Source of the DNA: a virus
Virus record (IMG/VR): IMGVR_UViG_3300036831_000148
Location: 82,269-146,268 of that record
Direction: 5' to 3' (one strand)
Length of the DNA: 64,000 bases
Below are positions 18,615 to 28,289 of this stretch, piece by piece. The notes beneath the pieces were generated by a model, which did not search any database, was not told the origin of the DNA, and worked only from the letters and a program-made list of their open reading frames with translations. A program made the translations under genes and the position numbers. Numbering within the stretch: position 1 is the first letter of the stretch; every line of letters starts with the position of its first letter.

Positions 18615-19337
18615 CTAGGCGGCGTCGCTGTCCCATACCTGGACGCCGGCGCCCCAGTCGCCGGCGGCGGCCACCTCGGCGGCGGCGCCGGCGTCGGTGA
18701 AGCCCTCCCCGGCCCGCACGTGGTTGACCGGGCGGGTGAACCGCCCCGCGGCGGCGGGCGCCGACACCGCGCGGAGGCCGGGCGCGGCGAACCGGCACGC
18801 GCCGGTTCCGCACGCGGTCCGGGCCGAGCACGTGAACATGCCCTGCGCGGCCCCGCAGGCGGCCACCGCGCGCCCCACGGCGGCGCGGACGGACGACCGG
18901 ACCCCGGCGGCGTACGCCCGCTCACGCAGGCTCACCGCGTCCCGGGCGATGGCGGCGGCGTACCTCTCGTCCTCGCCGAACGCGCCGAGGGCGTCCTCCA
19001 GGTCCTGCGCCCGGGCGACCGCAAGCGCGAGGGCGACCGCGTGCAGGAACGCGTCCTTGGTGAGGTGCCGCCCGGCGGCGCCGGCCCGGCCGGTCTTGGG
19101 CATGGCCCTGGCGGCCGCCATGTACGGCGCGGCGGCGGCGAAGTAATCACACCCGGCCAGGGGATTACCCGCGGCGCGCAGCACCGGCATGATGGCCGAC
19201 GTCCGGCTGGCCGCCAGCACCTGGGCGGCGCGCAGCGCCTCGGCGTAGGCGACCGCCAGCCCGCCGACGGTGACCGGGCGGGACGCGAGGGAGGGCCAGG
19301 GCCTGGCCAGATTGGCAAGGAGGTGATCGTAAGGCAC
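18615..19337 (-). CDS. hypothetical protein
   Basis: 240-aa Ala-rich ORF, GC3-rich frame. Confidence 0.65.
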   Translation of the reverse strand: MPYDHLLANLARPWPSLASRPVTVGGLAVAYAEALRAAQVLAASRTSAIMPVLRAAGNPLAGCDYFAAAAPYMAAARAMPKTGRAGAAGRHLTKDAFLHAVALALAVARAQDLEDALGAFGEDERYAAAIARDAVSLRERAYAAGVRSSVRAAVGRAVAACGAAQGMFTCSARTACGTGACRFAAPGLRAVSAPAAAGRFTRPVNHVRAGEGFTDAGAAAEVAAAGDWGAGVQVWDSDAA

Positions 19338-19679
19338 ACTGGACTCGCATGCAGTAAACGGCGCGCCGGGTGCGGTGGCGCTTGCGCTGACATGATAGGG
19401 ACCCTGCCCGTTCCCCGGCCAGCCTCACCAGTCGGCCACGCCGGGCAGGGTCCCTTTCCGTCTCACCCGGGCCCCGGTCCGGCGCGGCGGGAAAACGCCG
19501 CGAGGCCAGCCTGCGCCCGGCGTGAACGGGGACGGCTGACCTCACGTGTGCCTCCTCAGTGAGAGGCACGGGCCGAGGGGCCTGTCCCTCCCGCCGGCGT
19601 GCCGGGTGCGGAACTGGGGCCTCTCGGGCTCTGCCGTGAGGTTAGGCCCAACCTCTGGTGATCGTCAATATCACTGCGG

Positions 19680-20282
19680 TCACGCGGCGCGGCGGCGCGC
19701 CCGGCTGCGGCCCGGGCGGGCGGCGCGGCGGCGCGCCCGGCTGCGGGCGCTCCTGGGGTGCTCGAACCGCCCGCGGGCGCGCGGCGGCACAGGGGAGCGG
19801 CCAGGTGCGCGGTCACGCTGCGGCCCGGACGGGCGCTCGCGGCTCGCCCGGCGCGGGCGCGGCAACCGCTCCCAGCCGCCGCGCGACCGGCTCCACGTCC
19901 ACCGGCCGGCGGCCCGGCCGATGCCGCGCGCCACCGCGATGTTCCGGCTGCGCCGCGCGTGCAGCCTTACCCGGTGCAGCACGTGGGCGCGGAGCTCGCG
20001 GGCGAGCTGCCGCTGCACGTGCAGGGACCTGGCCTCGCGCAGCCGGCGCAGCAGGTCCATGCCCTCCGGCCCGAGCCGCACCCGCTGCCCGAGCGTGGCC
20101 CGGCTGCGGTCGGGGTGCTCGTGGCCGGGGAACAGCGCCGCGTGCAGCGTGTCCACCTGCGCCAGCAGCACCGAGGCCCGGTGGTAGCTGGGCCGGCGGT
20201 GCAGCATGGTGCGCACCACGTGCCGGGCCTCGCGCGGCAGCCGCCCGTAGGCGGGAAGGCCGTCCCTCCCGAAGGTCGCCAT
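19680..20282 (-). CDS. very basic Arg-rich protein
   Basis: GAGGAGAG RBS before ATG; C-terminal Arg repeats encoded by a tandem duplication. Confidence 0.6.
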   Translation of the reverse strand: MATFGRDGLPAYGRLPREARHVVRTMLHRRPSYHRASVLLAQVDTLHAALFPGHEHPDRSRATLGQRVRLGPEGMDLLRRLREARSLHVQRQLARELRAHVLHRVRLHARRSRNIAVARGIGRAAGRWTWSRSRGGWERLPRPRRASRERPSGPQRDRAPGRSPVPPRARGRFEHPRSARSRARRRAARPGRSRARRRAA

Positions 20283-20297
20283 GTTTCTCTCCTCTGC

Positions 20298-21998
20298 TCA
20301 GCTTTCCCGGGCCGCGATGACGACCGGGCTGTAGTCGGCGCGGTTCCAGACCATGCGGGTGACGACCTCGACCGACTTGCGGTTGCGCTGCACCAGCAGC
20401 ACGTGCCCGTCGGGCAGCATCCGGATGCGGTCGGTGGAGAAGGTCTTCTCCGGCGCCCACACCTTGCGGGAGCCCTCGCGCCGCCAGGACTCGTACTCGC
20501 CGCACATCCTGGAGAACCGCTCCAGGTCGGCGTCCTCGGTGAACCCGCCGCCGATGACCTTGGTGGTGAACATGGTGAGGATCACCGGCGCGGCCTTCTC
20601 GCCCCAGCAGTCGGGCACCTGCGCGGCCGACTGCAAGCCCACCATGGCGGTTATGTTGTACCCGGCGGTAACCGCCAGCCAGCGCTTCAGGTTGATCCGG
20701 GCGGTGGTGGCCGCCTCGTCCAGGGCCAGGGTCATCGGGATGCGCAGCCGCCCGCCGCTGACCTCGGCGAGGTGCCGGGCCTGCTCCAGGTACTCCTCGG
20801 CGAACGCGGAGAAGTACGGGGTGAGCGAGCCGTGCGGGCGCTCGGACCCGATCAGGTACACGGTGCCGGTGCCGGCCCGCAGGAAGTCCGCGATGTCCAG
20901 GCCGTGCTCGCCCCGGTCCGGGTCCGGGCAGGCGACCGCCGCCAGGTCGGGGTCGTCCAGCCAGGCGAGGGCCGACTCGGCGGAGGTGACCGCCGACATG
21001 ACCGACTCCTCGTCCTGGGTGAGCAGGTCCTCCAGGGCCGCCGCCCAGTCGGGGGCCGCGCGGGCGCGGCGCAGGCCCTTGGCGAACTGCTCGTCGTCCG
21101 GGCGGCGGCACCAGGCGCGCACGTCCAGGACGTTGCCGTCCTGCAGGGCGGCGGCGTGCAGCGCCTTCGCCAGCAGTTGCATGCCGCGCTGCTCGTGCCA
21201 GGCGTCCTTGCCGCTCTCGTCGCGCGGCGCGGCGTGCATCAGCGCGCCCGCCCGGCGCAGGGCGATCCTGGGGCTCTCGCAGTCCGCCACCGGGTCCCAG
21301 CGGAAGTTAGTGCCCGGCCCGTAGCCGTCGGCGTCCAGCACCAGCACCTCGCCCAGCTTCTCGCGGGCGGAGGCCGTGTGCCGGTACTGGTCAGCGCGGG
21401 AGCTGGTGGCCAGCGCGGCCCCCGGCGCGTCCTGCAGCCAGGAGGAGATCAGGCCGGTCTTCACCGTCTGCGGTGGGGCGAAGACGCAGACGGTCTCGCC
21501 GCGCCCCACCGCCACCGCCTGGCGCGGCCGGTGCGCGGTGACGCCGACCTGGACGTACGCCTGCGCGGGCGGCAGGTCGGGGGCGAGCCGGCGCATCTTC
21601 TTCTGCGCGGCCTGCGGCGACAGGGTGACCCGCACCTCCCACGGGGTGGCCTCGCCCTGGTACTTGCGGCGCCTGCGGCGCGCGGCGGCGCCGCCCCGGA
21701 AGTGCCACGTCCAGCCCTCGGCGACCCGGCTGGCACCGTGCATCGCGCACGCGCCCGCCGGGAACAGCAGCAGGGACTGCGGCAGGCCCAGCGCCAGCAG
21801 GGCGAGGGCGAGCACCGCCAGCACCGCGCCGTACGCGCCCCCGCAGCGCACGGCGGCGGCGCTGAAGTCGGCCAGCCAGTTCTGCAGGGCCGGGTTGCGG
21901 ACGGCGGGCTGCCGCCGGGCCGGCCCCTGCTCCGCCAGGTCGCCGTCGTCCTCCAGGCCGGAGACCGCGGTCATCCGGCGGACCAGGCTGCCGCTCAC
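20298..21998 (-). CDS. VirD4/TraG-TraD-like type IV coupling protein
   Basis: N-terminal TM helices, FAPPQTVKT...DAPGAALATSSRAD, FRWDPV, LALDEAA, VGLQSAAQ. Confidence 0.85.
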   Translation of the reverse strand: MSGSLVRRMTAVSGLEDDGDLAEQGPARRQPAVRNPALQNWLADFSAAAVRCGGAYGAVLAVLALALLALGLPQSLLLFPAGACAMHGASRVAEGWTWHFRGGAAARRRRRKYQGEATPWEVRVTLSPQAAQKKMRRLAPDLPPAQAYVQVGVTAHRPRQAVAVGRGETVCVFAPPQTVKTGLISSWLQDAPGAALATSSRADQYRHTASAREKLGEVLVLDADGYGPGTNFRWDPVADCESPRIALRRAGALMHAAPRDESGKDAWHEQRGMQLLAKALHAAALQDGNVLDVRAWCRRPDDEQFAKGLRRARAAPDWAAALEDLLTQDEESVMSAVTSAESALAWLDDPDLAAVACPDPDRGEHGLDIADFLRAGTGTVYLIGSERPHGSLTPYFSAFAEEYLEQARHLAEVSGGRLRIPMTLALDEAATTARINLKRWLAVTAGYNITAMVGLQSAAQVPDCWGEKAAPVILTMFTTKVIGGGFTEDADLERFSRMCGEYESWRREGSRKVWAPEKTFSTDRIRMLPDGHVLLVQRNRKSVEVVTRMVWNRADYSPVVIAARES

Positions 21999-22150
21999 CG
22001 GGCCCTGCCCGCCCGGGACCGGCGGTGCCGCTGGTCCCCGTCCCACCGCTCGGCGCGGGCGCGGCGGCGCTGGCGCAGGAGCCGCTGCTGGCGGTCCCTG
22101 TCGCCGGCGGCGCGCTGCTGCCCGTCGCGGTTGCCTGCCCGGTTGTCCAT
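21995..22150 (-). CDS. small Arg-rich peptide
   Basis: MDNRAGNRDG... behind palindromes 22181/22205; TGA overlaps the VirD4 GTG. Confidence 0.45.
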   Translation of the reverse strand: MDNRAGNRDGQQRAAGDRDRQQRLLRQRRRARAERWDGDQRHRRSRAGRAR

Positions 22151-22215
22151 GACTGCGCCCCTCTGCTGACTCGGTTGCCTCTTAACCCGAGTCTAGAGAG
22201 GTTGCTTGACTCTTG

Positions 22216-22662
22216 TCAAGTCGTGGCGAGCGAGGTTACCTCACGACCGAACACGGCCCACCATGACTCCATCTCCGCCTGCTGCGGGTGGCCGGGCACC
22301 GCCGGGTACAGGCGCGCCCACTCCAGGGCCCCGTCGCACTCCCCGGCGACCAGCAGGGCGTGCTCACCGCCGGGAGAGGACTCCGGGTGGTACTCGGCCA
22401 GGCCCACCGGGTCGCCGTACTGCCGGCGGAGCCGCCGCCACAAGCCGGGGGCGCCGGCGGTCGCCCAGTCCGGGCCACCTCGCCGGGTGACGGCGGCGAA
22501 GAACCCGTCCTCCGCCGCCCAGGCCCGCAGCCGTACCTCGCCGGACTCGCACCCGGGGGCGGTCACCGGGCGGTCGCAGTGGTCCAGCACCAGGTCGCCG
22601 AGCGCGGGCAGCCACAGCCGCCGGCCCAGCGGCGCGCGGCGCGGCAGGGGATCACCGGTCAC
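22216..22662 (-). CDS. hypothetical protein
   Basis: 148-aa ORF whose stop lies in the palindrome at 22205. Confidence 0.6.
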   Translation of the reverse strand: MTGDPLPRRAPLGRRLWLPALGDLVLDHCDRPVTAPGCESGEVRLRAWAAEDGFFAAVTRRGGPDWATAGAPGLWRRLRRQYGDPVGLAEYHPESSPGGEHALLVAGECDGALEWARLYPAVPGHPQQAEMESWWAVFGREVTSLATT

Positions 22663-22984
22663 GGGCGGCGCCCCGGCGCAGCTCGTAGTGGTACACCTTG
22701 CCGTTCTCCGCCCACTGCCCGTACTGGGCGTAGGCGTCGGCGGCGCAGTAGTGCCAGTCCACCACCCGGGAGATCCCGCGCCGGACGCGGACCGTCGCCG
22801 GCTCCCCGCAGGCCTTCATCGCCTGGGCGGCGCGCAGCCGGCAGGTGCGCGGCTCGGCGCCCGGCTCCGGGTCAGGTACCACGCTCCACTGGGAGTCGCT
22901 CTCCACTGCCGCCCAGTGCTGGCCAGCAGGGGCCTCTCCCGCTGGCGCCGGCCGGGTGAACGTGCCCGCGGCCTCGTTGCTCAC
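22652..22984 (-). CDS. hypothetical protein
   Basis: AGGAGG RBS; Cys/Trp-containing. Confidence 0.65.
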   Translation of the reverse strand: MSNEAAGTFTRPAPAGEAPAGQHWAAVESDSQWSVVPDPEPGAEPRTCRLRAAQAMKACGEPATVRVRRGISRVVDWHYCAADAYAQYGQWAENGKVYHYELRRGAARDR

Positions 22985-23034
22985 ATGTGCCTCCTGTTGC
23001 TTAACTGAAGTCTAGGAACAGCGGCTACCCTGCG

Positions 23035-23361
23035 TCAAGCCGCGCGGTGCCGCTCCACCTCCGCCAGTTTCACCCGGTCCAGCGGCTTCTCGCACCGCGG
23101 GCAGCGCAGCGCCCCCCGGGAGTCGTCCCACCACAGCCCGCACGTCCCGCAGTGCAGCAGGACGTAGACGACCCGGGCCGCCTCGCGGCGGCGGACCGCC
23201 TCGGCCTCGGCGCAGAGGTAGGCGGCGCGGGTCACGGCATGGCTGTGGGCGCAGGCCCAGGTGACCGCGCCCTTCTCGCTCTTGCGCAGCACCCCGGCGA
23301 ACGCGGCCGTGCCCGGCTTCAGGCGCCGGTAGCCGACGTAGTACTCCCCGACAGCGGCCAT
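23035..23361 (-). CDS. Zn-ribbon protein
   Basis: CAHSH, CGTC, CPRC motifs. Confidence 0.65.
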   Translation of the reverse strand: MAAVGEYYVGYRRLKPGTAAFAGVLRKSEKGAVTWACAHSHAVTRAAYLCAEAEAVRRREAARVVYVLLHCGTCGLWWDDSRGALRCPRCEKPLDRVKLAEVERHRAA

Positions 23362-23690
23362 CAGTTCATCCTTGCCGGGTCCACCGCAGCCTGGAAGCCG
23401 CGGTCAGCCGGCGTCAACCCGGTCATCCTGGCCTGCCGGCTGACCACGCCACCACGCGCCCAGAAGCCGTCGCGGTCGCTGCCCTGCCGGTCGCCGCCGG
23501 TATGGTCAACACGAACCAGCATGGTCCCCGGGCCGGGCAGCGCCGAGCCCTCCGGCCAGGTGACCGGCACCCGCCGCCACTCGTACAGGCCCTGGAAGTC
23601 GCTGTAGGCGTACTCGCCGGCAGGCAAGCGAGCGTACACCTTGCCGGTTCCGCAGGGGTCCTCGAACCGCAGGAACATGCCGTCAGGCAC
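23361..23690 (-). CDS. hypothetical protein
   Basis: Coupled ORF, 109 aa. Confidence 0.6.
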   Translation of the reverse strand: MPDGMFLRFEDPCGTGKVYARLPAGEYAYSDFQGLYEWRRVPVTWPEGSALPGPGTMLVRVDHTGGDRQGSDRDGFWARGGVVSRQARMTGLTPADRGFQAAVDPARMN

Positions 23691-24006
23691 GGCCGCCGCC
23701 CTCCAGGAACGCCGCGAACTGCTCGCGCAACCCGGGCTCCAGGTCCAGTACGTCTTCCAGCAGGCTCTTGCCGCCGGCTCCCGGCAGCTTCACCGACATC
23801 ATCAGGCCCAGCCACGCCGACCAGGCCCTGGCCAGGGACTTGCGGCTCTCCAGCGAAGCCTCCTGGCGGCCCAGCCGGTGCGCCTCCGCCGCCAGTTCCC
23901 TCGCGCGGGCGGCAGCGCGGTCGCGCGAGGGGCCGGCCGGGGCGCCGGCGATGACCAGGCGCTCCAGGTCCCCGGCCACCGACGCCAGGGTGCGCGGCGC
24001 GGTCAC
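23683..24006 (-). CDS. hypothetical protein
   Basis: Coupled helical ORF. Confidence 0.6.
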   Translation of the reverse strand: MTAPRTLASVAGDLERLVIAGAPAGPSRDRAAARARELAAEAHRLGRQEASLESRKSLARAWSAWLGLMMSVKLPGAGGKSLLEDVLDLEPGLREQFAAFLEGGGRA

Positions 24007-24629
24007 CGGCGGTTCAGCCGGTAAGCCCGGCCGGGCAGGTTCAGCCGGGCCCCGGCGGTGTCGCTGGCGAGCAGCACCTTGTCCTGCCGCGCCACCTTGC
24101 GGGCGGCGGCCGCGGCGAGGTCACAGGCCGGGCACCAGCCCAGGTCCGCCGTGCCCTTCTCGTACCACGTCCCGCAGCGCGCGCAGGGCACGAAGGCCGA
24201 CCCCGGGATCCGCGCCCGGATCTCCTGCGAGCGCGCGGCGAGCAGGCAGGGCCCGCACGCGCACCGCCCGCCGGGGCCGGTGACAAGGACGTGCACCGCG
24301 TGCCCGGACTGCGGGTCCAGTTCCTCCGTCAGGTGAGGGGCGGGGAGCGTGACGGGCGGGGCCAGGGGCACGCGGCCGACCCGTCCGGACACCCGGAACT
24401 CGAAACTGACAGCGCCGCGCGGCGCCCTCACGGCGCGCTCCGCCCGCCGGGCCGCCGTCACCTGCTCCTGGCGGCGCCGGAGCACCCCGAGCAGGTGACG
24501 GCGCTGGCCTGCGGACAGGAACGGCAGCAGCACGAGCAGGTGAGCCTCGCGCAGCCGGGCGCGGAACACCCAGGGCGGGCACAGCCAGAGCAGGACGAAC
24601 ACGGCGACCAGCCAGAGCAGCGCCAGCAC
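24003..24629 (-). CDS. membrane-anchored Zn-binding protein
   Basis: N-terminal TM segment; CACGPC, CARC, CPAC. Confidence 0.6.
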   Translation of the reverse strand: MLALLWLVAVFVLLWLCPPWVFRARLREAHLLVLLPFLSAGQRRHLLGVLRRRQEQVTAARRAERAVRAPRGAVSFEFRVSGRVGRVPLAPPVTLPAPHLTEELDPQSGHAVHVLVTGPGGRCACGPCLLAARSQEIRARIPGSAFVPCARCGTWYEKGTADLGWCPACDLAAAAARKVARQDKVLLASDTAGARLNLPGRAYRLNRR

Positions 24630-24631
24630 GG

Positions 24632-24901
24632 CTACCAGTCCTCCAGGCCGGCGAGCAGCGCGATGACCCGCTCCAGGGCCTCGGCGTCCTCGTGCCCCCG
24701 GTCGGTGCCGTCTTCCTTGAGGCTGACCAGGAAGTCCCGGGCCGCCTCGGCCGGGGACCGCGCGGGCGGCGCCGCGCCAGGCGGGCCGTTCAGCAGGTCA
24801 CCGATCGTCTTCGCCGTGAATCCCCGGCGCGGCCGGAAGTCCGGGTCGCCGTAGCGCCGCTCCGGCTGGCGCCGGCCCTTCGGCCCCATGTGGTCCATCA
24901 T
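24632..24901 (-). CDS. hypothetical protein
   Basis: Start follows the conserved GCGAGAGGCAGGCA leader at 24904. Confidence 0.6.
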   Translation of the reverse strand: MMDHMGPKGRRQPERRYGDPDFRPRRGFTAKTIGDLLNGPPGAAPPARSPAEAARDFLVSLKEDGTDRGHEDAEALERVIALLAGLEDW

Positions 24902-24995
24902 CGTGCCTGCCTCTCGCAAAGACTCCCGGGGAAAAGCTACTGCCCCGCTCCTGCCTCCAGGGTAGCGGGGTAGTTGACTTGAGTCAAGTAAAGGA

Positions 24996-25232
24996 TCAGG
25001 AAGGCGCGGGGGCGCACGCCTGGTAGGCGGCGGCGGTCACCAGGTCGGGGTCGCCCCCGGCGGCCCGCAGCTCCTCCGCCAGCCGAGCGGCGAGGGCGAC
25101 CGCCCCGGCGAAGGAGAAGCCGGGCATCTCCGCGCCCATCGCCAGCACCTCGTCGTCAAGGCCGCCGCGGTAGGCGGTCAGCCCGGCCAGGGCGGCCAGC
25201 AGCCCGTCGGCCGGGGTGGGGGGTGGCGTCAC
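24996..25232 (-). CDS. hypothetical protein
   Basis: AGGAGG RBS, 78 aa. Confidence 0.55.
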   Translation of the reverse strand: MTPPPTPADGLLAALAGLTAYRGGLDDEVLAMGAEMPGFSFAGAVALAARLAEELRAAGGDPDLVTAAAYQACAPAPS

Positions 25233-25374
25233 GTGGTCCCTCCTGCCGTCTCCCCGCCCGGATTCACTTTACCGAAGTAGCCGGGAGTCCCTGACGTGCG
25301 GTTTCCCGGAGATTCACCCCTGCGCAAAGACAAGCACTTCATACGCCTGAGCCAGAATTGGTCTAGACCGGGCC

Positions 25375-25656
25375 TCACGCGGGCCCCTCCCCTCGCAGGA
25401 TCTGGTCCCACGCGGTGCCGGGCACCTCGCTGCCGGGGACCAGCACGAAGCCCGCGTCGATCTTGGCAAGGGTGCCCATGAGCTGGCGGACGACCGCCTC
25501 ACGGCCCGCTGAACTGGGGGAACCCCCGGAGGAGAGCTTCTCGGCGACCGCCTCGCGCAGCCACTCGGCCATGGAGAGGCCCGCCGACTCGGCTGCCTTG
25601 CGCACCTCGTCGCGCACTCCCGGCCCCAGCCTCAGCAGGACCTCGCTCCCCTCCAT
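25375..25656 (-). CDS. Arc/ribbon-helix-helix DNA-binding protein
   Basis: VLLRLGPGVRDEVRKAAESAGLSMAEWLREAVAEKL. Confidence 0.8.
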   Translation of the reverse strand: MEGSEVLLRLGPGVRDEVRKAAESAGLSMAEWLREAVAEKLSSGGSPSSAGREAVVRQLMGTLAKIDAGFVLVPGSEVPGTAWDQILRGEGPA

Positions 25657-25663
25657 GAGGGGA

Positions 25664-25727
25664 TGATAGCACTAATGATAGCTATCACAAGTGATATCTG
25701 ATATCGCCAAACGATATCACTATAGCT
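25664..25727. promoter_or_regulatory. AT-rich TGATA/TATCA repeat cluster, putative RHH autoregulatory operator
   Basis: tgatagcactaatgatagctatcacaagtgatatctgatatc...gatatcactatagc immediately upstream of the RHH gene. Confidence 0.6.
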
Positions 25728-25838
25728 CTGTGTCACCGGGCGACCACGAAGCGGGGTCAGTCCAGGGCCACCAGGACCCGTCAGCGTCCCCTCCGGGCTC
25801 CAGGCCGGCGAGCAGCCCTCCCGGGTCCTGCGGCGTAA

Positions 25839-26264
25839 TCACCCCTCCCCCGGTCCTGAGCCGGGCTCCGGGGGCAGGCCGACGATCCCGTAAAGCTCCC
25901 GGAACCAGGCCTCCACGGCCGAAGGGTCAAGATCCGCGCCCGACCGCGCGATTCCCGCGAGCGCCTCGTAATCAGCCTGGCCGTACGGCCCGGCGCCGGC
26001 AGGGGCACCGTGATGCGGGTAGGACGGGGTCATCACCGCCGGCTCGTGCCCGGTCGCGCACGCGAACGGCCCCCGGCGGGCCGGAGAGGGGCTGTAGAGC
26101 GACCCGCAGGCCGGGCACTGGTAAGTGACCGGCTCGTTCCGGGTGAAGTCGCGGCAGGCCCCGCAGTACCCGTCCAGCGCGTCGTCCGGGTGGTGCGAGG
26201 TGCGCCCGCAGCGCGGGCAGGTGAAGTACGGGGCGGCGAACTCGGCGGGCCCGGGGATTCTCAC
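25839..26264 (-). CDS. Zn-ribbon protein
   Basis: CPRC...YCGAC, CPAC. Confidence 0.65.
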   Translation of the reverse strand: MRIPGPAEFAAPYFTCPRCGRTSHHPDDALDGYCGACRDFTRNEPVTYQCPACGSLYSPSPARRGPFACATGHEPAVMTPSYPHHGAPAGAGPYGQADYEALAGIARSGADLDPSAVEAWFRELYGIVGLPPEPGSGPGEG

Positions 26265-26450
26265 GGCTCAAGGCTAGGCGCCGGCCTGGCGGGCGTTCGC
26301 GGGCTGCCAGGCCGGCGCCCCCTACCCTGTCCGGCTGGCCGCCCGCGGCAAGGGAGGCGTAGCGCCGCCTCCCCCGGCAGGCGGCCAGCCGGGCGCTCCC
26401 GGGCGGGCGCCACTGCGAGATGCCACCCGCCCGGTCACTGCGGCACGAGG

Positions 26451-26825
26451 CTAGCCGGCCTCCGGGCGGGACCGCAGGTACTCGGCCGCACCGGGCGGGG
26501 GAAGCGCCCGGATCCGGTAGTAGCGCAGCCCCTCCGCCGAGGTGGCCGCCTCGTACCTGACCCCGGAGGCGTCCGCCGAGAAAAAGCCGGCCTCGTCGTA
26601 GAGCACCGGGAACGCCGGGCCGGGCAGTTCCGCGCCGTCGCGGCACGGGGCGCAGCGGAAGTCCTCGCCGTCCGCCTGGCGCAGGCAGGGCACCCCGCCG
26701 CAGCGGCACTGGCAGGCGAGCCGGGGGTCCGTCGCGAAGGTCCCGCCGCAGGCCGGGTCCGAGTGAGTGAAGCAGCACACCCGCCATATTCTGCCCGCCC
26801 GGGCGGGAAAACGGGCGTTTTTCAC
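26451..26825 (-). CDS. Cys-rich hypothetical protein
   Basis: Several Cys clusters. Confidence 0.5.
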   Translation of the reverse strand: MKNARFPARAGRIWRVCCFTHSDPACGGTFATDPRLACQCRCGGVPCLRQADGEDFRCAPCRDGAELPGPAFPVLYDEAGFFSADASGVRYEAATSAEGLRYYRIRALPPPGAAEYLRSRPEAG

Positions 26826-26863
26826 GGAGAGTAGCTGTGCTGGTTTACCCGGCGGGTGGCGAG

Positions 26864-27274
26864 TTATACAGAGAGTCGCGAATAGGGCCAGTGCGGGCCC
26901 TTACGCCGGTTGCAGCGCCAGCAGGCCGGCCGCTGGTTTGACGGCCAGTTAGCGCCTCCGCGCGCCAGCGGCTTCACGTGATCAAACAAATTAGCAGCTC
27001 CGCTGCACATCCAGCACCGGCCGCCGTAGTACGCCCAGCGCGCAGCCAGTTGCGACGCCGTGGCACTGCCTGCCGCCCTGGCTACCTTCTCGCGCCGGTT
27101 CCGGTCCAGTTCTTTCCACGTCAGCCGCGTTCGGGGAACCTTAGCAGGAGGCAGACGGCACGCAGGGCACAGTTTCCGGAGCGAGAGGGGCAACGCTGTG
27201 CCGCACTCCCAGCACAGCCCGCTGGCGATGCGCCCGGCCAGGACGTCGACCGGCACGTGGCTGAATGTCCGCAT
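26864..27274 (-). CDS. HNH endonuclease
   Basis: CWMC...DHVKPLARGG.NWPSN..PACWRCNRRKG; AGGAG RBS before ATG at 27274. Confidence 0.9.
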   Translation of the reverse strand: MRTFSHVPVDVLAGRIASGLCWECGTALPLSLRKLCPACRLPPAKVPRTRLTWKELDRNRREKVARAAGSATASQLAARWAYYGGRCWMCSGAANLFDHVKPLARGGANWPSNQRPACWRCNRRKGPHWPYSRLSV

Positions 27275-27482
27275 ACTCCTGCTACGCCCGAGGAACGGGA
27301 CTCCGAAGTTATATTCTGCCTGGGCAGTGACGGGACCCGGGATATATTTTTCCGGCAACGGGGCGGGCACGCACTAAGCCGGCGCGGAGGCGAGCCTCTG
27401 AGCTACCCGGATGGGACCCGGACGACGCAACCCCCTTCGACCCGAAACGGACAGCATGTCCTTTCGGGCCTTGGGGCTTCTC

Positions 27483-27608
27483 TCAGTCTTCCTCGGACTC
27501 GCTCGCGCCGAACACGGCGGGCAGCACGCAGGACAGCAGGGTGACAGTCCCGAACGCCCATGCCGGCCACCACAGTCGCGCGGCCTCAATTACGTATGCG
27601 AAGAACAT
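27483..27608 (-). CDS. 41-aa membrane peptide
   Basis: Not in the ORF track. MFFAYVIEAARLWWPAWAFGTVTLLSCVLPAVFGASESEED behind the palindrome at 27657 and a full conserved leader. Confidence 0.65.
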   Translation of the reverse strand: MFFAYVIEAARLWWPAWAFGTVTLLSCVLPAVFGASESEED

Positions 27609-27693
27609 CTCTGCCTGCCTCTCGGTTGGTTGCCTAGGGCAAGCCTACTGGCATGGCTTGACCAGAGTCAAGCACTAACCGTAGACTGGCCTT

Positions 27694-27948
27694 ATGGCAA
27701 CCATGAGTGCAGGGCGCAAGCGGGCACTAGCCGCGCGGTCCTACCGGCTGACCGACTCGCAAGCAGACTAGATAGCGGACATCCTGCGGCTAGCCGCTGA
27801 CCCTGAGAGCGGCGTCATTGACACCACGTCTGGCGGGGGGTGGCGCGGCGAGGCCGCTGCCGAACTGCGCGCGTTCCTCCGCCGGACCGCAGGCTCAGTT
27901 ACCGCGCAACGTGAGGGCGGCCCGGCCGTGCTGGCCGAAGGGCCCTAG
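27694..27948 (+). pseudogene. leaderless ORF interrupted by an in-frame TAG at 27769
   Basis: TTGACC-18-TAGACT promoter, ATG 6 nt later; reads MATMSAGRKR...LTDSQAD*IADILRLAADPESG... Confidence 0.45.
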
Positions 27949-27982
27949 CCGCAGCTGCCCGCCAGCTCTTGCCAGAGCTGGC

Positions 27983-28016
27983 AATAGCCCGCCAGGTCGC
28001 GACCTGGCGGGCTATT
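27983..28016. terminator. bidirectional terminator-like perfect inverted repeat
   Basis: aatagcccgccaggtcgcgacctggcgggctatt between convergent ORFs; same stem core near 30120 and 34315. Confidence 0.75.
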
Positions 28017-28025
28017 GGTGCTGGC

Positions 28026-28289
28026 CTAGCGCGAGCTCCTGCCGCGGCGAGGCCTCGCCGCGCGCTGGGGTGCCACGTAGGGGCGCTCACGGCGCCGCTG
28101 GGCGACCGTGGGACGCGACGCCATGGCGTCAAGCATCTGCGCCGTGCGGGCCTCGCTACGGCCGCCGTTCAGCCGTGAGCGGTGCCATACAGCCTCGCGC
28201 CGCATCTCGTCCGGGGTCATGCGCAAAGCCGTGCCGTACGCCACTGCGGCGCGCCGGCCCGCGTCCCTCTGCTGCCTGGTGAGTGCCAT
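28026..28289 (-). CDS. basic hypothetical protein (cassette gene)
   Basis: Leader at 28293, palindromes 28310/28334. Confidence 0.7.
   Translation of the reverse strand: MALTRQQRDAGRRAAVAYGTALRMTPDEMRREAVWHRSRLNGGRSEARTAQMLDAMASRPTVAQRRRERPYVAPQRAARPRRGRSSR

Noticed and set aside
19684-19746. Tandem duplication of about 27 bp
   Set aside because: Explained as an Arg-rich coding repeat
26864-27480. HNH as IscB/HEARO or an intron-encoded endonuclease
   Set aside because: Only about 136 aa, no RuvC or PLMP motifs, no interrupted host gene
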